Positions 26,409 to 35,944 of a stretch of DNA of 64,000 bases are shown piece after piece. The stretch comes from a virus. Below the pieces are notes generated by a model. That model was given only the letters and a program-made list of their open reading frames with translations. It made no database searches and had not been told where the DNA came from. The translations under genes were made by a program, and so were the position numbers. The stretch lies in IMG/VR virus record IMGVR_UViG_3300017605_000140, positions 1 through 64,000 of that record. One strand, 5' to 3'. Positions within the stretch are counted from its first letter, which is position 1. Every line of letters begins with the position of its first letter.

Positions 26409-28019
26409 TTAAACTCCGCAGGAACCTGAAACACACGCCATGCCATTACCTAGTTCTTCATACTCTATACCTTCGGCAGCTAGCGCTTCTGCATAGGGTA
26501 CCACAGTTAATGGCTGGCCACCCCTGGCTCCATCAGGATACACAGTGACTCCGCGTAGATCCTTCAAGTGCTCTAACAAGATATCACCAAACAACTCTGG
26601 TGTAAACATCTGGCTGTCTGCTGACGGTAGGTTGAGTGTACTACTGATTCCATGATCTACAAACTGCTGCACCCAAGCCTGAAACGCGAGTCTACGACCA
26701 GGATCTAATGACAAAGTATAAGCGGTCTCAAGAGTATCAGGATCAATACCCTTATCAGCAAGACGCTTAGCCATAGGTTCTACAACATACTGGAAATGCC
26801 AGGTAGTTCCCCGAAGATATCTACGCTTATAGGCTGCCGCAAATAACGGCTCAATGCCTGTCGTAGTCTCCGCGATGATGCCAATCGTACCAGTCGGCGC
26901 TATGGCACGGGTCTTGATGGGCCTAGAAACGCCTAGAAGGTCTGCTGCTGCGTCTGCGTAGGTGCCGCTGGCCTGGTATGCCTCCAGGTACTTCTTAAGG
27001 TCTGAGTCAGGCGCGTACGGCTTCCCGCGAACAGCCAGCCACTCGTAGATACCCATCAGTCCAAGACCTAAACGTCTATTCTTTTCCCGGGTATCTGCTA
27101 CACCTTGGTAAGGAACTTTAGAGTACAGGGTTCCGCATAAAAGAAATCTGGTGGCTAACTCAGTAAGCTCGGCCATTTCTTTAATAGAGTCAATACGTGC
27201 CATGTTCAATGAACCCAGATTACAAATGTCATTGTCGTCCCGGGAAGTAATCTCAGTACACGCATTACGTAAATGCTCACCAGCATTCTCCTCCACATCC
27301 ACAGAAAATCCTGGTTCTCCCGTCTTCAGCATTCCTTCAACAGCAGTCCAGTAAACATTCTGAGCCCATGTGTGGTATTCGTGAGTATCACTATTGAAAG
27401 CCTGAAAGAATTCGTCATCAAGAATAATAGAAATATTTGTCATATCCAGGGGAGCAACAGCGTTGAAATCTTTTTCTTTCATTGCCACCAGATCATCATC
27501 CCAATCCTTGACCTTCATAAAATCAAAGACATCAGGATGATTCCAGTGAAGTCCCGCCCAAATTGCTGAGCGGCGGGAACCTCCCTGCATAATATTACGA
27601 CCGATCTCATTGACAGCCTTCATGAATGCTATCGGACCAGTTGATGTCCCGCCCATTCCATTGACAAAAGCACCATTTTCCCGCAGCTTTGACCATACGA
27701 TACCTATACCCGCACCAGTCATAAGACCTGATGTAACACGCTGCATAAGATCTGCAATAGACTCCCTTGAATCCTCTACAGTCAGTAACAGACAATTCTG
27801 TGTCTGATGGAAAGGCTTACCAGTGGCGTATAGATAACGTCCCCCAGGAAGGAACTTACGGTCAATAACAGCTTGGGTAAGTTTCTCAACATCCCCTGGA
27901 AAATACGGGGACATGACAGTACTGATAACACGCTTTGCAGTGTTCTCCCATTCTTCCCCAGGATGCGCATATTTATTACGGTAAATTGCCTCAGCGAACG
28001 AAGACATAGATGTGCTCAA
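26409..28019 (-). CDS. nrdJ: ribonucleotide reductase, class II (B12-dependent) type
   Basis: PGGR, NC, NACTE, CNLGSLN, RRLGLG, APTGT, C-terminal CVSGSC; no beta subunit nearby. Confidence 0.88.
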   Translation of the reverse strand: MSTSMSSFAEAIYRNKYAHPGEEWENTAKRVISTVMSPYFPGDVEKLTQAVIDRKFLPGGRYLYATGKPFHQTQNCLLLTVEDSRESIADLMQRVTSGLMTGAGIGIVWSKLRENGAFVNGMGGTSTGPIAFMKAVNEIGRNIMQGGSRRSAIWAGLHWNHPDVFDFMKVKDWDDDLVAMKEKDFNAVAPLDMTNISIILDDEFFQAFNSDTHEYHTWAQNVYWTAVEGMLKTGEPGFSVDVEENAGEHLRNACTEITSRDDNDICNLGSLNMARIDSIKEMAELTELATRFLLCGTLYSKVPYQGVADTREKNRRLGLGLMGIYEWLAVRGKPYAPDSDLKKYLEAYQASGTYADAAADLLGVSRPIKTRAIAPTGTIGIIAETTTGIEPLFAAAYKRRYLRGTTWHFQYVVEPMAKRLADKGIDPDTLETAYTLSLDPGRRLAFQAWVQQFVDHGISSTLNLPSADSQMFTPELFGDILLEHLKDLRGVTVYPDGARGGQPLTVVPYAEALAAEGIEYEELGNGMACVSGSCGV

Positions 28020-28064
28020 AATGTATCTCCATAGGGAATAGTGATTGGTGATTAAAATATAAAA

Positions 28065-28472
28065 TTATACAGAACTAATATGGTCGCCGCCACCGGCATT
28101 TAATACAGCAATACTGGACTGCATTGTTTGCTGATCCCCAGATTGTCTGGCAGGTCTGGCGGAACCTGGTTCTGTTTTAAGACTTCTCTCTCCGTGCCCT
28201 GACTGCTCGAAACGAGGATGGTAACCGCATTCTCCACAGGTTATTGCGTATGATCCGTGCTGCATATACTTATCACTGCCACATTCTGGGCAATTGCCTC
28301 CCTTTTTCAGACGAACATTAGGGTTATAGTTCTGTCCTGTTGGGATACTGGCAGGGGATAAGTTGCTTGGTAGGGTATTGACCGGTCGGTATAAACCAAA
28401 TAAGTCTCTAGAAGGAATAGGAGTATTACTACTTGGTGTTCCGTTTAATTTATCAGCCCAAAATGACATCAT
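28065..28472 (-). CDS. Zn-ribbon hypothetical protein
   Basis: CPECGS...CGECGY. Confidence 0.75.
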   Translation of the reverse strand: MMSFWADKLNGTPSSNTPIPSRDLFGLYRPVNTLPSNLSPASIPTGQNYNPNVRLKKGGNCPECGSDKYMQHGSYAITCGECGYHPRFEQSGHGERSLKTEPGSARPARQSGDQQTMQSSIAVLNAGGGDHISSV

Positions 28473-28887
28473 GATCTCCGTATTTTATTAATCCTTTTTC
28501 CAACATATGTGACACTACAGCTTCCGCTATAGCAGTTCCCAATTTTATATTTCCCACTCTGAACTTTAACTTGTCCTCATCAGCTAAATTACTCAACTGT
28601 TCATCTCCTTTAAGGATTGCTAAAGAAGCTGATTCAGCAGCCATATAGCACAATAGTGAGAAATCCATTCCGAAAGGAAGAAGGGAACGCTTTCTGTTCC
28701 ACATCTCTTTAGCTTCGGCTTCCAAGACTTCTTCACTGGCTGGTTGCTGCCCGAACAGTTCAGGATCACTCCGCATCCAATGAGGACCCACCATATCCCA
28801 GAGCATAGAGCGGGAAAGCTGTGCAGTGAGAACCCGGAAAGGATCTAAAGGTAATACTGGTTCTACTTCTTCAAAAGGATCTAACAT
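28453..28887 (-). CDS. hypothetical protein
   Basis: ORF track, operon packing. Confidence 0.75.
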   Translation of the reverse strand: MLDPFEEVEPVLPLDPFRVLTAQLSRSMLWDMVGPHWMRSDPELFGQQPASEEVLEAEAKEMWNRKRSLLPFGMDFSLLCYMAAESASLAILKGDEQLSNLADEDKLKFRVGNIKLGTAIAEAVVSHMLEKGLIKYGDHDVILG

Positions 28888-28888
28888 A

Positions 28889-30919
28889 TCATGCCTTTGC
28901 TTGTGACCATTTCTCTACAACTGCAATCTTACCCACATCTAGTGGAACTTTGATAAGATCCTGCACTTCCTTACCAATCATAGCCTCCAGCAACATAGCA
29001 CTTCCCTCCTCGGTCCTGTCTTCTGGACATTCGAGTACCAATTCATCATGTACAGACAGAATCAATTTTATTTCTTTACCTGGATTCTTTATCGCATCCT
29101 CTAGAAGTGCGTTATTGAGCCGCACCATGGCAAATTTAATAATATCACCAAGAGAACCCTGTACCAGACTATTGATAACCTGCCGCTCTGCTCTGGCTAG
29201 AACAGACCTTACTGCTTGTGGGTGATTCCATGTCTGATACCACGGAAGTTTAGGAGCTTCCTTTTCAGCAACCCACCGCAAAGCTTCCCAAACTCTTCTC
29301 TTACGTCCCATAATCGTGCGGATATAAGGAATTTTTGTTCTACTCTGTGCAAGTTTAAAGATCTTATCCTTGAACAGGTAAATTTCCGGAAATGCCTTCC
29401 TGTGATCGGCCAGTAGTTTATCCGCTTCCTTTACAGTAATTCCCAGAGTTTGTGCGATCTTTTTATTTTGTGCCCCGTATACAATAGCGAAGTTAAGAGT
29501 TTTAGCGACATCTCTTTGCCATTTCTGTACTTCTGAGACTGCCACACCATAGACCAGGGCAGCAGTCTGTGTATGGGCATCAATACCAGCATGAAAACCA
29601 TCGTACAAACCACCATAGCCTATCATGCTGGCCAGGATTCGCAATTCCATTTGCCCGTAGTCTGCTACCAATAGCTTGTATCCTACTGGAGCTTTGAACA
29701 ATCCGCGAATTTTTGTCCCGAGTTCAGTACGCGGGGCAGGAATATTCTGAAGATTCGGTTCCCTGGAAGAGAAACGTCCTGTCAGTGTTCCATATTGTAC
29801 CAAGTCAGTATGGATACGTCCGCTATAAATACGCGTAGGCTTTTTAGGATCTCCCTCTACTCCAAGATAGCTCAGTACATATGTCCCAAGGATTTTATTG
29901 ATGGACATGTACTCCAGAATTGCGTCTACTACTTTATTACCTATGTAATTATCCAGAGTTTCCTTATCCGTGGAAGGCATGCCAGTCTTCTTGGAAACCT
30001 TTACAGGCTCAAGTCCCTGAAATCCATCCTCTTTACTTCCGAAAAGGATCTCCTGTTTCTGCTGAGGAGAGTTGATATTGAATACTTTACCAGCAGCACG
30101 GTATACTTTTGCTTCAAGTACTTCCAGTTGTGCTGTAAGATCTTCCCGCAAACCTTCAAGGGCCTGTACGTCCACTGGAGCCCCTGTAAGACCCATCTGG
30201 CAGCAAACCTCAGTAGTGCTCTCTTCAAGCGCTCTGATGGCGTCTAGAGAGTCTTCCTGGCACCTGTAAGAGAACTGCTTCCACAGCAGCCAAGTATACT
30301 TAGCGTCCAGCAAGGCGTAACGAGCTACTTTGGAAAAAGAGAACTTGTCAATACCAGTTCTACCAACGTCTTCTTTATCGTAATCCACACCATAGTAAAA
30401 TTTGGCAAGAGTCTTGAGTTTCTTATCCATAGGACGGTATTTGAAACCATGGCCAAACTCACCAATGTTCTCATCAAGCAGCCACTGAAGAACAATAGAA
30501 TCTGATATAGGACCTACAGGAATTGCACCAAAATACTTCTGTACAGAAACAAAATCAAACGGCGCGTTATGCGCTATCTTAATTATATTAGGGTTAAAGA
30601 ATAGCGGTTGCAGAATATCAAATACCCTACTGGGACGCAATTGTTCTGGCGGAGCATCATAAATGAGTGGATATTTTACTTTATTCTTAGTATGTGCATG
30701 CTGTAGTAAAACATCCCCATTAGGATGTCCCATGGGTACGACAATAGTCCTACCGTGGGTAGCCATAGAAAGCCATACGACTCTGTTCTGTGTAGGAACA
30801 GCCCTTGTATCCGGTAGGACCCCGTCCATTGTTTCTGTATCCCAAGCAAAGGCATCTTGCTTAAGAAAATACTTTACCTCTTCCCGCAATTGTTCTTCGG
30901 TGAAGATTACACCTTCCAT
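28889..30919 (-). CDS. polA: family A DNA polymerase with 3'-5' exonuclease
   Basis: DTET, HNAPFD, YALLD; TGRFSSREPNLQNIP, DYGQMELR, AKTLNFAIVYG, VHDE. Confidence 0.95.
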   Translation of the reverse strand: MEGVIFTEEQLREEVKYFLKQDAFAWDTETMDGVLPDTRAVPTQNRVVWLSMATHGRTIVVPMGHPNGDVLLQHAHTKNKVKYPLIYDAPPEQLRPSRVFDILQPLFFNPNIIKIAHNAPFDFVSVQKYFGAIPVGPISDSIVLQWLLDENIGEFGHGFKYRPMDKKLKTLAKFYYGVDYDKEDVGRTGIDKFSFSKVARYALLDAKYTWLLWKQFSYRCQEDSLDAIRALEESTTEVCCQMGLTGAPVDVQALEGLREDLTAQLEVLEAKVYRAAGKVFNINSPQQKQEILFGSKEDGFQGLEPVKVSKKTGMPSTDKETLDNYIGNKVVDAILEYMSINKILGTYVLSYLGVEGDPKKPTRIYSGRIHTDLVQYGTLTGRFSSREPNLQNIPAPRTELGTKIRGLFKAPVGYKLLVADYGQMELRILASMIGYGGLYDGFHAGIDAHTQTAALVYGVAVSEVQKWQRDVAKTLNFAIVYGAQNKKIAQTLGITVKEADKLLADHRKAFPEIYLFKDKIFKLAQSRTKIPYIRTIMGRKRRVWEALRWVAEKEAPKLPWYQTWNHPQAVRSVLARAERQVINSLVQGSLGDIIKFAMVRLNNALLEDAIKNPGKEIKLILSVHDELVLECPEDRTEEGSAMLLEAMIGKEVQDLIKVPLDVGKIAVVEKWSQAKA

Positions 30920-30937
30920 TAATCCTCCATTAATAGC

Positions 30938-30974
30938 GAAGACCCTCTGGCTTTATTATCTCCAGAGGGTCTTC
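30938..30974. terminator. hairpin between SSB and DNA polymerase
   Basis: GAAGACCCTCTGG/CCAGAGGGTCTTC. Confidence 0.65.
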
Positions 30975-30985
30975 TTTTTATCTAA

Positions 30986-31756
30986 TTACCGGTTCTTGGG
31001 AAGATCCTTAGCAGTAAGATCCATGGCGGCTTCCTCAATCTTACGAGCAGACCAGAAGAACAGAATCTCATCTCCGTACAGAGACTCAGAAAGCTCTGCC
31101 AATTCATCCCCAGTAAGAGGTTCGACTCCATAGTCTTCCTGAAGATCCCGCGCCTTAAGCGGAAGAACCTTAGTACCTGGAGCCTGACGACCTTCTACCT
31201 TGATGTGATAAACCTGGAAGTACAGATTCTCACGGTTAAGAGGGTAAGTAATGTCATCTTCGGCAAAAGCCTGAAGCTGCTGAGAAACCTCATTACCAAA
31301 AGTCCAAGTAATTACAGTCTCTGGCATCTCCATATCCACAATATTCATCATAAACCGATAACCGGCACGATGTCCAGCCTTACACAGTGAGCAAGGCTGG
31401 CCGGGGCAGATGTAACGCTTGCCGGTAGAGTTCACGTAATGCTCGAAGTAATTCAGAGAAGGCTCATCAGTCAGAAGCTTTACAATGTGCTTACCATTGG
31501 GAACCCACTCATTACCCTTCTTTTCAGAAAGCTTAAGATACGGAGCCTTTACAGTGTCGCGCTGCTCCTGCTTGGGGGCTCCCCAACCAGACCTTACAGT
31601 CGGGGAAGTGCGACCAGTACTTTGTTCCTTGGATGTCCGCTCATGCGGCTGATCAACATCGGAAGAATCAGAAAGCGCTGCCACACCGCCAGGTGTCTCT
31701 TCAACATCGTACTCTTCGGAAGCATCGGTTACTCGCTTACGGGTAATACTAGCCAT
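30986..31756 (-). CDS. gp32-like single-stranded DNA-binding protein
   Basis: H...C...C..C Zn motif, position next to polymerase. Confidence 0.7.
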   Translation of the reverse strand: MASITRKRVTDASEEYDVEETPGGVAALSDSSDVDQPHERTSKEQSTGRTSPTVRSGWGAPKQEQRDTVKAPYLKLSEKKGNEWVPNGKHIVKLLTDEPSLNYFEHYVNSTGKRYICPGQPCSLCKAGHRAGYRFMMNIVDMEMPETVITWTFGNEVSQQLQAFAEDDITYPLNRENLYFQVYHIKVEGRQAPGTKVLPLKARDLQEDYGVEPLTGDELAELSESLYGDEILFFWSARKIEEAAMDLTAKDLPKNR

Positions 31757-31809
31757 ATTTTTTCTCCTGTATTAGTTGCGCTATAGGCGCTATTAACTAT
31801 TATTTATAA

Positions 31810-32136
31810 TTAAGGAATTATTTTAGTAATAAGGGAACCCTTATTACTTGTCATACTACGGGCCCAGGTAAGATCAGCCTCCTGGATAGCATTCATCATA
31901 TCAGAACACTTCTCGCCCACTGCTACAAGATCACTGTCAGCAGACACTCTTATCTTGAAACTAGTGGACAGTAATTCCTTCTCATACTGCACTACAGCAA
32001 GTTCCCAGCTACGGTAGTAGCTGATCTCCAGAGTGTCATCCAACAATGTAACAGACATGTCTGACACTGGCTCAGGCACTGTTAGCTCCGGTCCGGGCTT
32101 GGCAGGCTCTTCCGTTACTACCTTACGTGTTGCCAC
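31810..32136 (-). CDS. hypothetical protein
   Basis: AGGAG SD, GTG start. Confidence 0.7.
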   Translation of the reverse strand: MATRKVVTEEPAKPGPELTVPEPVSDMSVTLLDDTLEISYYRSWELAVVQYEKELLSTSFKIRVSADSDLVAVGEKCSDMMNAIQEADLTWARSMTSNKGSLITKIIP

Positions 32137-32569
32137 GGTTCTCCTTTATTATCTGTTTGAATAGCTCAACAGCTCTTTCGGAAAATTTAGTATCCGACAG
32201 CCGTATGCCCTTGTCCGGCCATAGTACACCCTCTTGGCATGCTATGGCAACCAGCCCCTCCACCATGCCTCTGGTGTACATCCTGCGTCTGCCATTAGGA
32301 GACGAAGATGGCTTGATGTAGGGAGACTTAGGAAGTATAGCTTCTCGCTCCCAAGCTCGCAAGGTGTTGGGACTTCTATTCCCCAGTGCCTTCCCTAATT
32401 GACCTATGGAAAAGAACTCCACATCCTTACCATTCATATGGAATATGTGAGGCTTACTATCCCAGTCTTCGATAGCTTTTTCCTGGATCTGACGGACCTG
32501 CTCAAACATAAGAGGAGTATTAGATCCAGGAAAAACCTTCGCTAATTGTTCTTGCCAGGTACTAACCAT
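32123..32569 (-). CDS. MerR-like HTH DNA-binding protein
   Basis: FSIGQLGKALG..PNTLRAWERE.ILP...RRMYT. Confidence 0.82.
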   Translation of the reverse strand: MVSTWQEQLAKVFPGSNTPLMFEQVRQIQEKAIEDWDSKPHIFHMNGKDVEFFSIGQLGKALGNRSPNTLRAWEREAILPKSPYIKPSSSPNGRRRMYTRGMVEGLVAIACQEGVLWPDKGIRLSDTKFSERAVELFKQIIKENRGNT

Positions 32570-32759
32570 CTACATCCCTGATATCGTCAATATATGTAGT
32601 GCCAAATAGATGATCAGATAGCTTGAGTTCCATCATACTATAAAAATCTTCCCATGAATCCTCTCGCATAGCTGCCGCGTATTGCTCATCATTAAGATCT
32701 ATTACTAGGGAGGAAGGATGATCAAAAGTTATTCTCACCTTATGCATCAGTACCCGCAA
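32562..32759 (-). CDS. hypothetical protein
   Basis: ORF track. Confidence 0.6.
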   Translation of the reverse strand: MRVLMHKVRITFDHPSSLVIDLNDEQYAAAMREDSWEDFYSMMELKLSDHLFGTTYIDDIRDVDG

Positions 32760-33223
32760 TCATACTCGAACTGCACAACACGTTCAGGGGTAACAACAAT
32801 CTTAGTATCGTTACCGAATACCGAACGAACAGCGTCCTCAAATCGTTCGGCATCGACAGGAACACTGATGTCCTTCATCTGATTACCATCAGGGTGATCA
32901 CCCCAGGATTCGTAATCATACTCATCATAATATGAATCTAGCTTACCTGGATAAGCGTCTTCCATATCTGGTTCAGTATCGTCAAGCCAAGCTTCCGCAA
33001 CATGTGTATTCGATGTTACTTTAGCGCCACTGACAGTGAACTCACAAGGTTCACCATCATTATAGCCAGGAGTATAGTGCTCCCACATTACTGCGGTTAC
33101 TCCCTGATCAAAAGCCGCCTTAAAGTAAGGATACAAATCCTCAATTGGCTTCTGTTCAGCACGAGACCAAGTACCGTAGTTACCTTCTACAGGAATACCC
33201 ATAAACTCAGACTTATCAGACAT
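32747..33223 (-). CDS. acidic hypothetical protein (YTPGYNDGEPCEF)
   Basis: AAGGAG SD before MSDKSEF. Confidence 0.75.
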   Translation of the reverse strand: MSDKSEFMGIPVEGNYGTWSRAEQKPIEDLYPYFKAAFDQGVTAVMWEHYTPGYNDGEPCEFTVSGAKVTSNTHVAEAWLDDTEPDMEDAYPGKLDSYYDEYDYESWGDHPDGNQMKDISVPVDAERFEDAVRSVFGNDTKIVVTPERVVQFEYDCGY

Positions 33224-33620
33224 TGCTCTCCTTTTTACTAAAAATTTCATTGAAGTTACCGACTTCCTTACGAACAGACCCGCTCATCCAACGCGTTGAG
33301 TCGCTGTCAAAAGGAATGTTCTTAAGGTAATGCTCAGGACTGGGAAGAAATCCCAGGTCTTCTACAATATGGCGTTCCGCGATAAGACGTACCGGCACCT
33401 GAATTATCTTTGTACTCTTTTTAATGGGTATAGTCTTGCCAAATAGATCCTCACACAAATAAACTCCAAGAGTGTGATGATAGATAGCGCGGTGGCGGAA
33501 GTCTCCAAAAGTCTTCTTCGAGCTATCTATAAACTCTTCAATTGGGAGATAGTCTTCCGGTTCGCCTCCCCATTTATGAGAAGCCGAAACTGCGTGATAC
33601 CACGAGTTAATTAGTCTCAC
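33216..33620 (-). CDS. DUF6915-like protein
   Basis: HAVSASHKWGG..DY, DSSK, DFRHRAIYHH..G, IAERHIVEDLG. Confidence 0.75.
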   Translation of the reverse strand: MRLINSWYHAVSASHKWGGEPEDYLPIEEFIDSSKKTFGDFRHRAIYHHTLGVYLCEDLFGKTIPIKKSTKIIQVPVRLIAERHIVEDLGFLPSPEHYLKNIPFDSDSTRWMSGSVRKEVGNFNEIFSKKESNV

Positions 33621-33755
33621 CCCAATATTCCTCTTCAACCCCAACTAACTCGACTAGATGAAGAGACACAAATCTAGTACCAACCTCAAAAGAATCACTC
33701 TCCAGTAGTTCTACTACTTCATATGGTTGGCCGTCAAGAATAAGAAAACCTCTAC

Positions 33756-33956
33756 TCATGACCACTCATTCTTTTCTCCCATAAATATGTCATGCTGGCT
33801 GGAAGCCCACTCATAAAGCTTTTCAGTAAATTCCCAGTCAACTAGTTCACTGTCAATATCCGCAATAAACTGTATAAGCTGATCGTAATTCAACGCTTTG
33901 GATAAAGTAAATGCTAGTTCTTCAGTATCTACTGTCAAACCCAGGTTAAGATCCAT
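33756..33956 (-). CDS. hypothetical protein
   Basis: ORF track. Confidence 0.65.
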   Translation of the reverse strand: MDLNLGLTVDTEELAFTLSKALNYDQLIQFIADIDSELVDWEFTEKLYEWASSQHDIFMGEKNEWS

Positions 33957-34230
33957 CTACAGGAAACCATTCCTCTCGGATAACTTCACGCTTCTCTACC
34001 ATAAAGGCTTTCATAGGATCATTAATCCAACGGTCTTGACCTTCCTGCATTTCAGAAGCAGGGTCCATATAGTTTACTTGCCAGTGTGTTCCGTCTTCTG
34101 CCTCAAATACCAGTTCACGGATTGTATACCAGCGATGCTCATCCCCTTCTGTATTAGAAATTGCACCGTAAGGAAGGTCATAAACCTCTTCCAGGTCTTC
34201 TACTGAAAAATTTCTGTATATTAGTTCCAT
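33946..34230 (-). CDS. acidic hypothetical protein (PASEMQEGQD)
   Basis: HRW...PASEMQE phage motif. Confidence 0.75.
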   Translation of the reverse strand: MELIYRNFSVEDLEEVYDLPYGAISNTEGDEHRWYTIRELVFEAEDGTHWQVNYMDPASEMQEGQDRWINDPMKAFMVEKREVIREEWFPVDGS

Positions 34231-34418
34231 TTATTTTCCCAACGCTCTAATGCTTCCATTGCTGTAAGATCAGGAACTATCTGGTTGCTGTACTCCCCTG
34301 TTGTAGCATTAGCCATTACTCGTATAGCACACCAGTAAACCACTGCTACAGGAAGTCTCCAAACTAATTTCATCAACCATAGTTGTTTTAATTCACTTAG
34401 CTTATACTTCAATGTCAC
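34221..34418 (-). CDS. hypothetical protein
   Basis: GGGAG SD; VYWCAIRV. Confidence 0.7.
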   Translation of the reverse strand: MTLKYKLSELKQLWLMKLVWRLPVAVVYWCAIRVMANATTGEYSNQIVPDLTAMEALERWENKWN

Positions 34419-34482
34419 TCCCTAGTGGGATTGTCGTTAATAAACCACCACCGTTCCCAGAAATGGGAACGATAGAAGCGTA

Positions 34483-34779
34483 TTAGTGACGATGAGTACG
34501 ACAGGTCTTACGAGTAGTAATAGTGGTCTTCTTTACAGTCTTCTTACCATTCTTGTGATGCGTAACGGTCGTAGTGTGTTGCACATGAGTAACTGTACCA
34601 CTGTAACGGCTACGGTGGCTACGGTAATAATCATCAGTAACTACTACATAGCTGTGTGTATGCGTGTCATACACCCTGTCATAGGCAGTGGTGCTATGGG
34701 TAGGACCACAAGCAGTAAGAGCGGAAACACTCATAACCGCACCAACAACAGCACCTGTAATTGACTTCTTGAAATTCAT
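34483..34779 (-). CDS. putative lipoprotein with His/Thr/Lys-rich tail
   Basis: AGGAGG SD; MNFKK-hydrophobic-LTAC lipobox. Confidence 0.75.
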   Translation of the reverse strand: MNFKKSITGAVVGAVMSVSALTACGPTHSTTAYDRVYDTHTHSYVVVTDDYYRSHRSRYSGTVTHVQHTTTVTHHKNGKKTVKKTTITTRKTCRTHRH

Positions 34780-34971
34780 TGTTTCCTCCTTGTTAAATAC
34801 TGATATCTTCCATAATCTGTATATCAGGATCATCTGTACTGTCTTGCATTAACCAGCCTATATTCAGACTGATCTGGCCATCAATTTCTTTAGCGTACAC
34901 AGCATAATTATCATTTTTTGCTTGCTCAAACAACTGTCTGAAACATTCCACATATTCAGAAATATCCACTA

Positions 34972-35400
34972 CTATTCCTTAACTGGTGAGAACGCCCAAG
35001 TTACCGTAGTATCGTAGAAGCTGTCAAGTTCTTCTTGTTCCAGTTCCTCGTTGACGAACAAGTCCCACAGTACATCCTGATCAACGTGTTGTACAGTCAC
35101 AACCAGTCGTTCAAGCTCACGCTCTGAGAGTGTTAGGTAAGCCCAGTCCTTGACGCGCTCTTCGTTGAGTACCTTACTCTCCTTGCGTGTCTTCTGCAAA
35201 CTGGAGTACCGCTGTCCGTGAACCTCCAGCGGCTCTTCGAATGCTAGCACATGAGAGCCACGGGCGTTAGTATCCGCCTTCTGTAGATATGGATCTAGTT
35301 CTTTCTTCAAACTATCCTGTAAAGTCTTACGATCTTCAATTTCTTTCTTCAATAAAAGATATTGTGCAACTTTATTTTTTACGACCATATCAGACTGCAT
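34972..35400 (-). CDS. hypothetical protein
   Basis: ORF track. Confidence 0.75.
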   Translation of the reverse strand: MQSDMVVKNKVAQYLLLKKEIEDRKTLQDSLKKELDPYLQKADTNARGSHVLAFEEPLEVHGQRYSSLQKTRKESKVLNEERVKDWAYLTLSERELERLVVTVQHVDQDVLWDLFVNEELEQEELDSFYDTTVTWAFSPVKE

Positions 35401-35944
35401 ACTTGATAGCCTCTACTTTGAAATCATAAGAACCTGTACGAATTTGCTTATCAACGTACTTCGCAAGATTATCCGCATCATCGAACTTAATAACCGCACT
35501 ATCAGTAACTACCCGGAAATGATGATCGGGACGAATTCGGAAATAAGTAGGTTCTGTTATCTCTGTGGGAGTTATATAAATAATACTCTTCCAAGAATCG
35601 TCATAACCCGCACGACGTATTTGAACAGTTCTACTATTGAGATAAGTAATAAGATCCATCTTTTGTGGTATAGCACGAATTGTCGCAACACCGTATGCTT
35701 CCACGTTATGTGAAACTTTAGCCATAGCTTCTGACAAATCAGTAAACCGGGGATTTTCCAAGGTACTGCCAGTAACTTCATACGCAATAACAGGCTTTAA
35801 ACGAAACTGAGTATAGGAAGGAAAAAGAACTCCGTCAGTTTCTGCTACATATTCCCATTCTCCATATAATATGTCATCATCACCGTAACTAGGAAATTCT
35901 GCTTTGCGCTCACGAAATTGTACGCCCTCAAGTGCGTTTATCAT
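35390..35944 (-). CDS. hypothetical protein
   Basis: GGAG SD. Confidence 0.75.
   Translation of the reverse strand: MINALEGVQFRERKAEFPSYGDDDILYGEWEYVAETDGVLFPSYTQFRLKPVIAYEVTGSTLENPRFTDLSEAMAKVSHNVEAYGVATIRAIPQKMDLITYLNSRTVQIRRAGYDDSWKSIIYITPTEITEPTYFRIRPDHHFRVVTDSAVIKFDDADNLAKYVDKQIRTGSYDFKVEAIKYAV

Noticed and set aside
26409-30919. Inteins or introns in nrdJ or polA
   Set aside because: ORFs are continuous and of compact length, with no intein terminal motifs seen
33609-33620. Non-canonical ATT start for the DUF6915-like gene (TAATT overlap)
   Set aside because: An in-frame GTG with a GAGGA SD at 8-nt spacing explains initiation equally well
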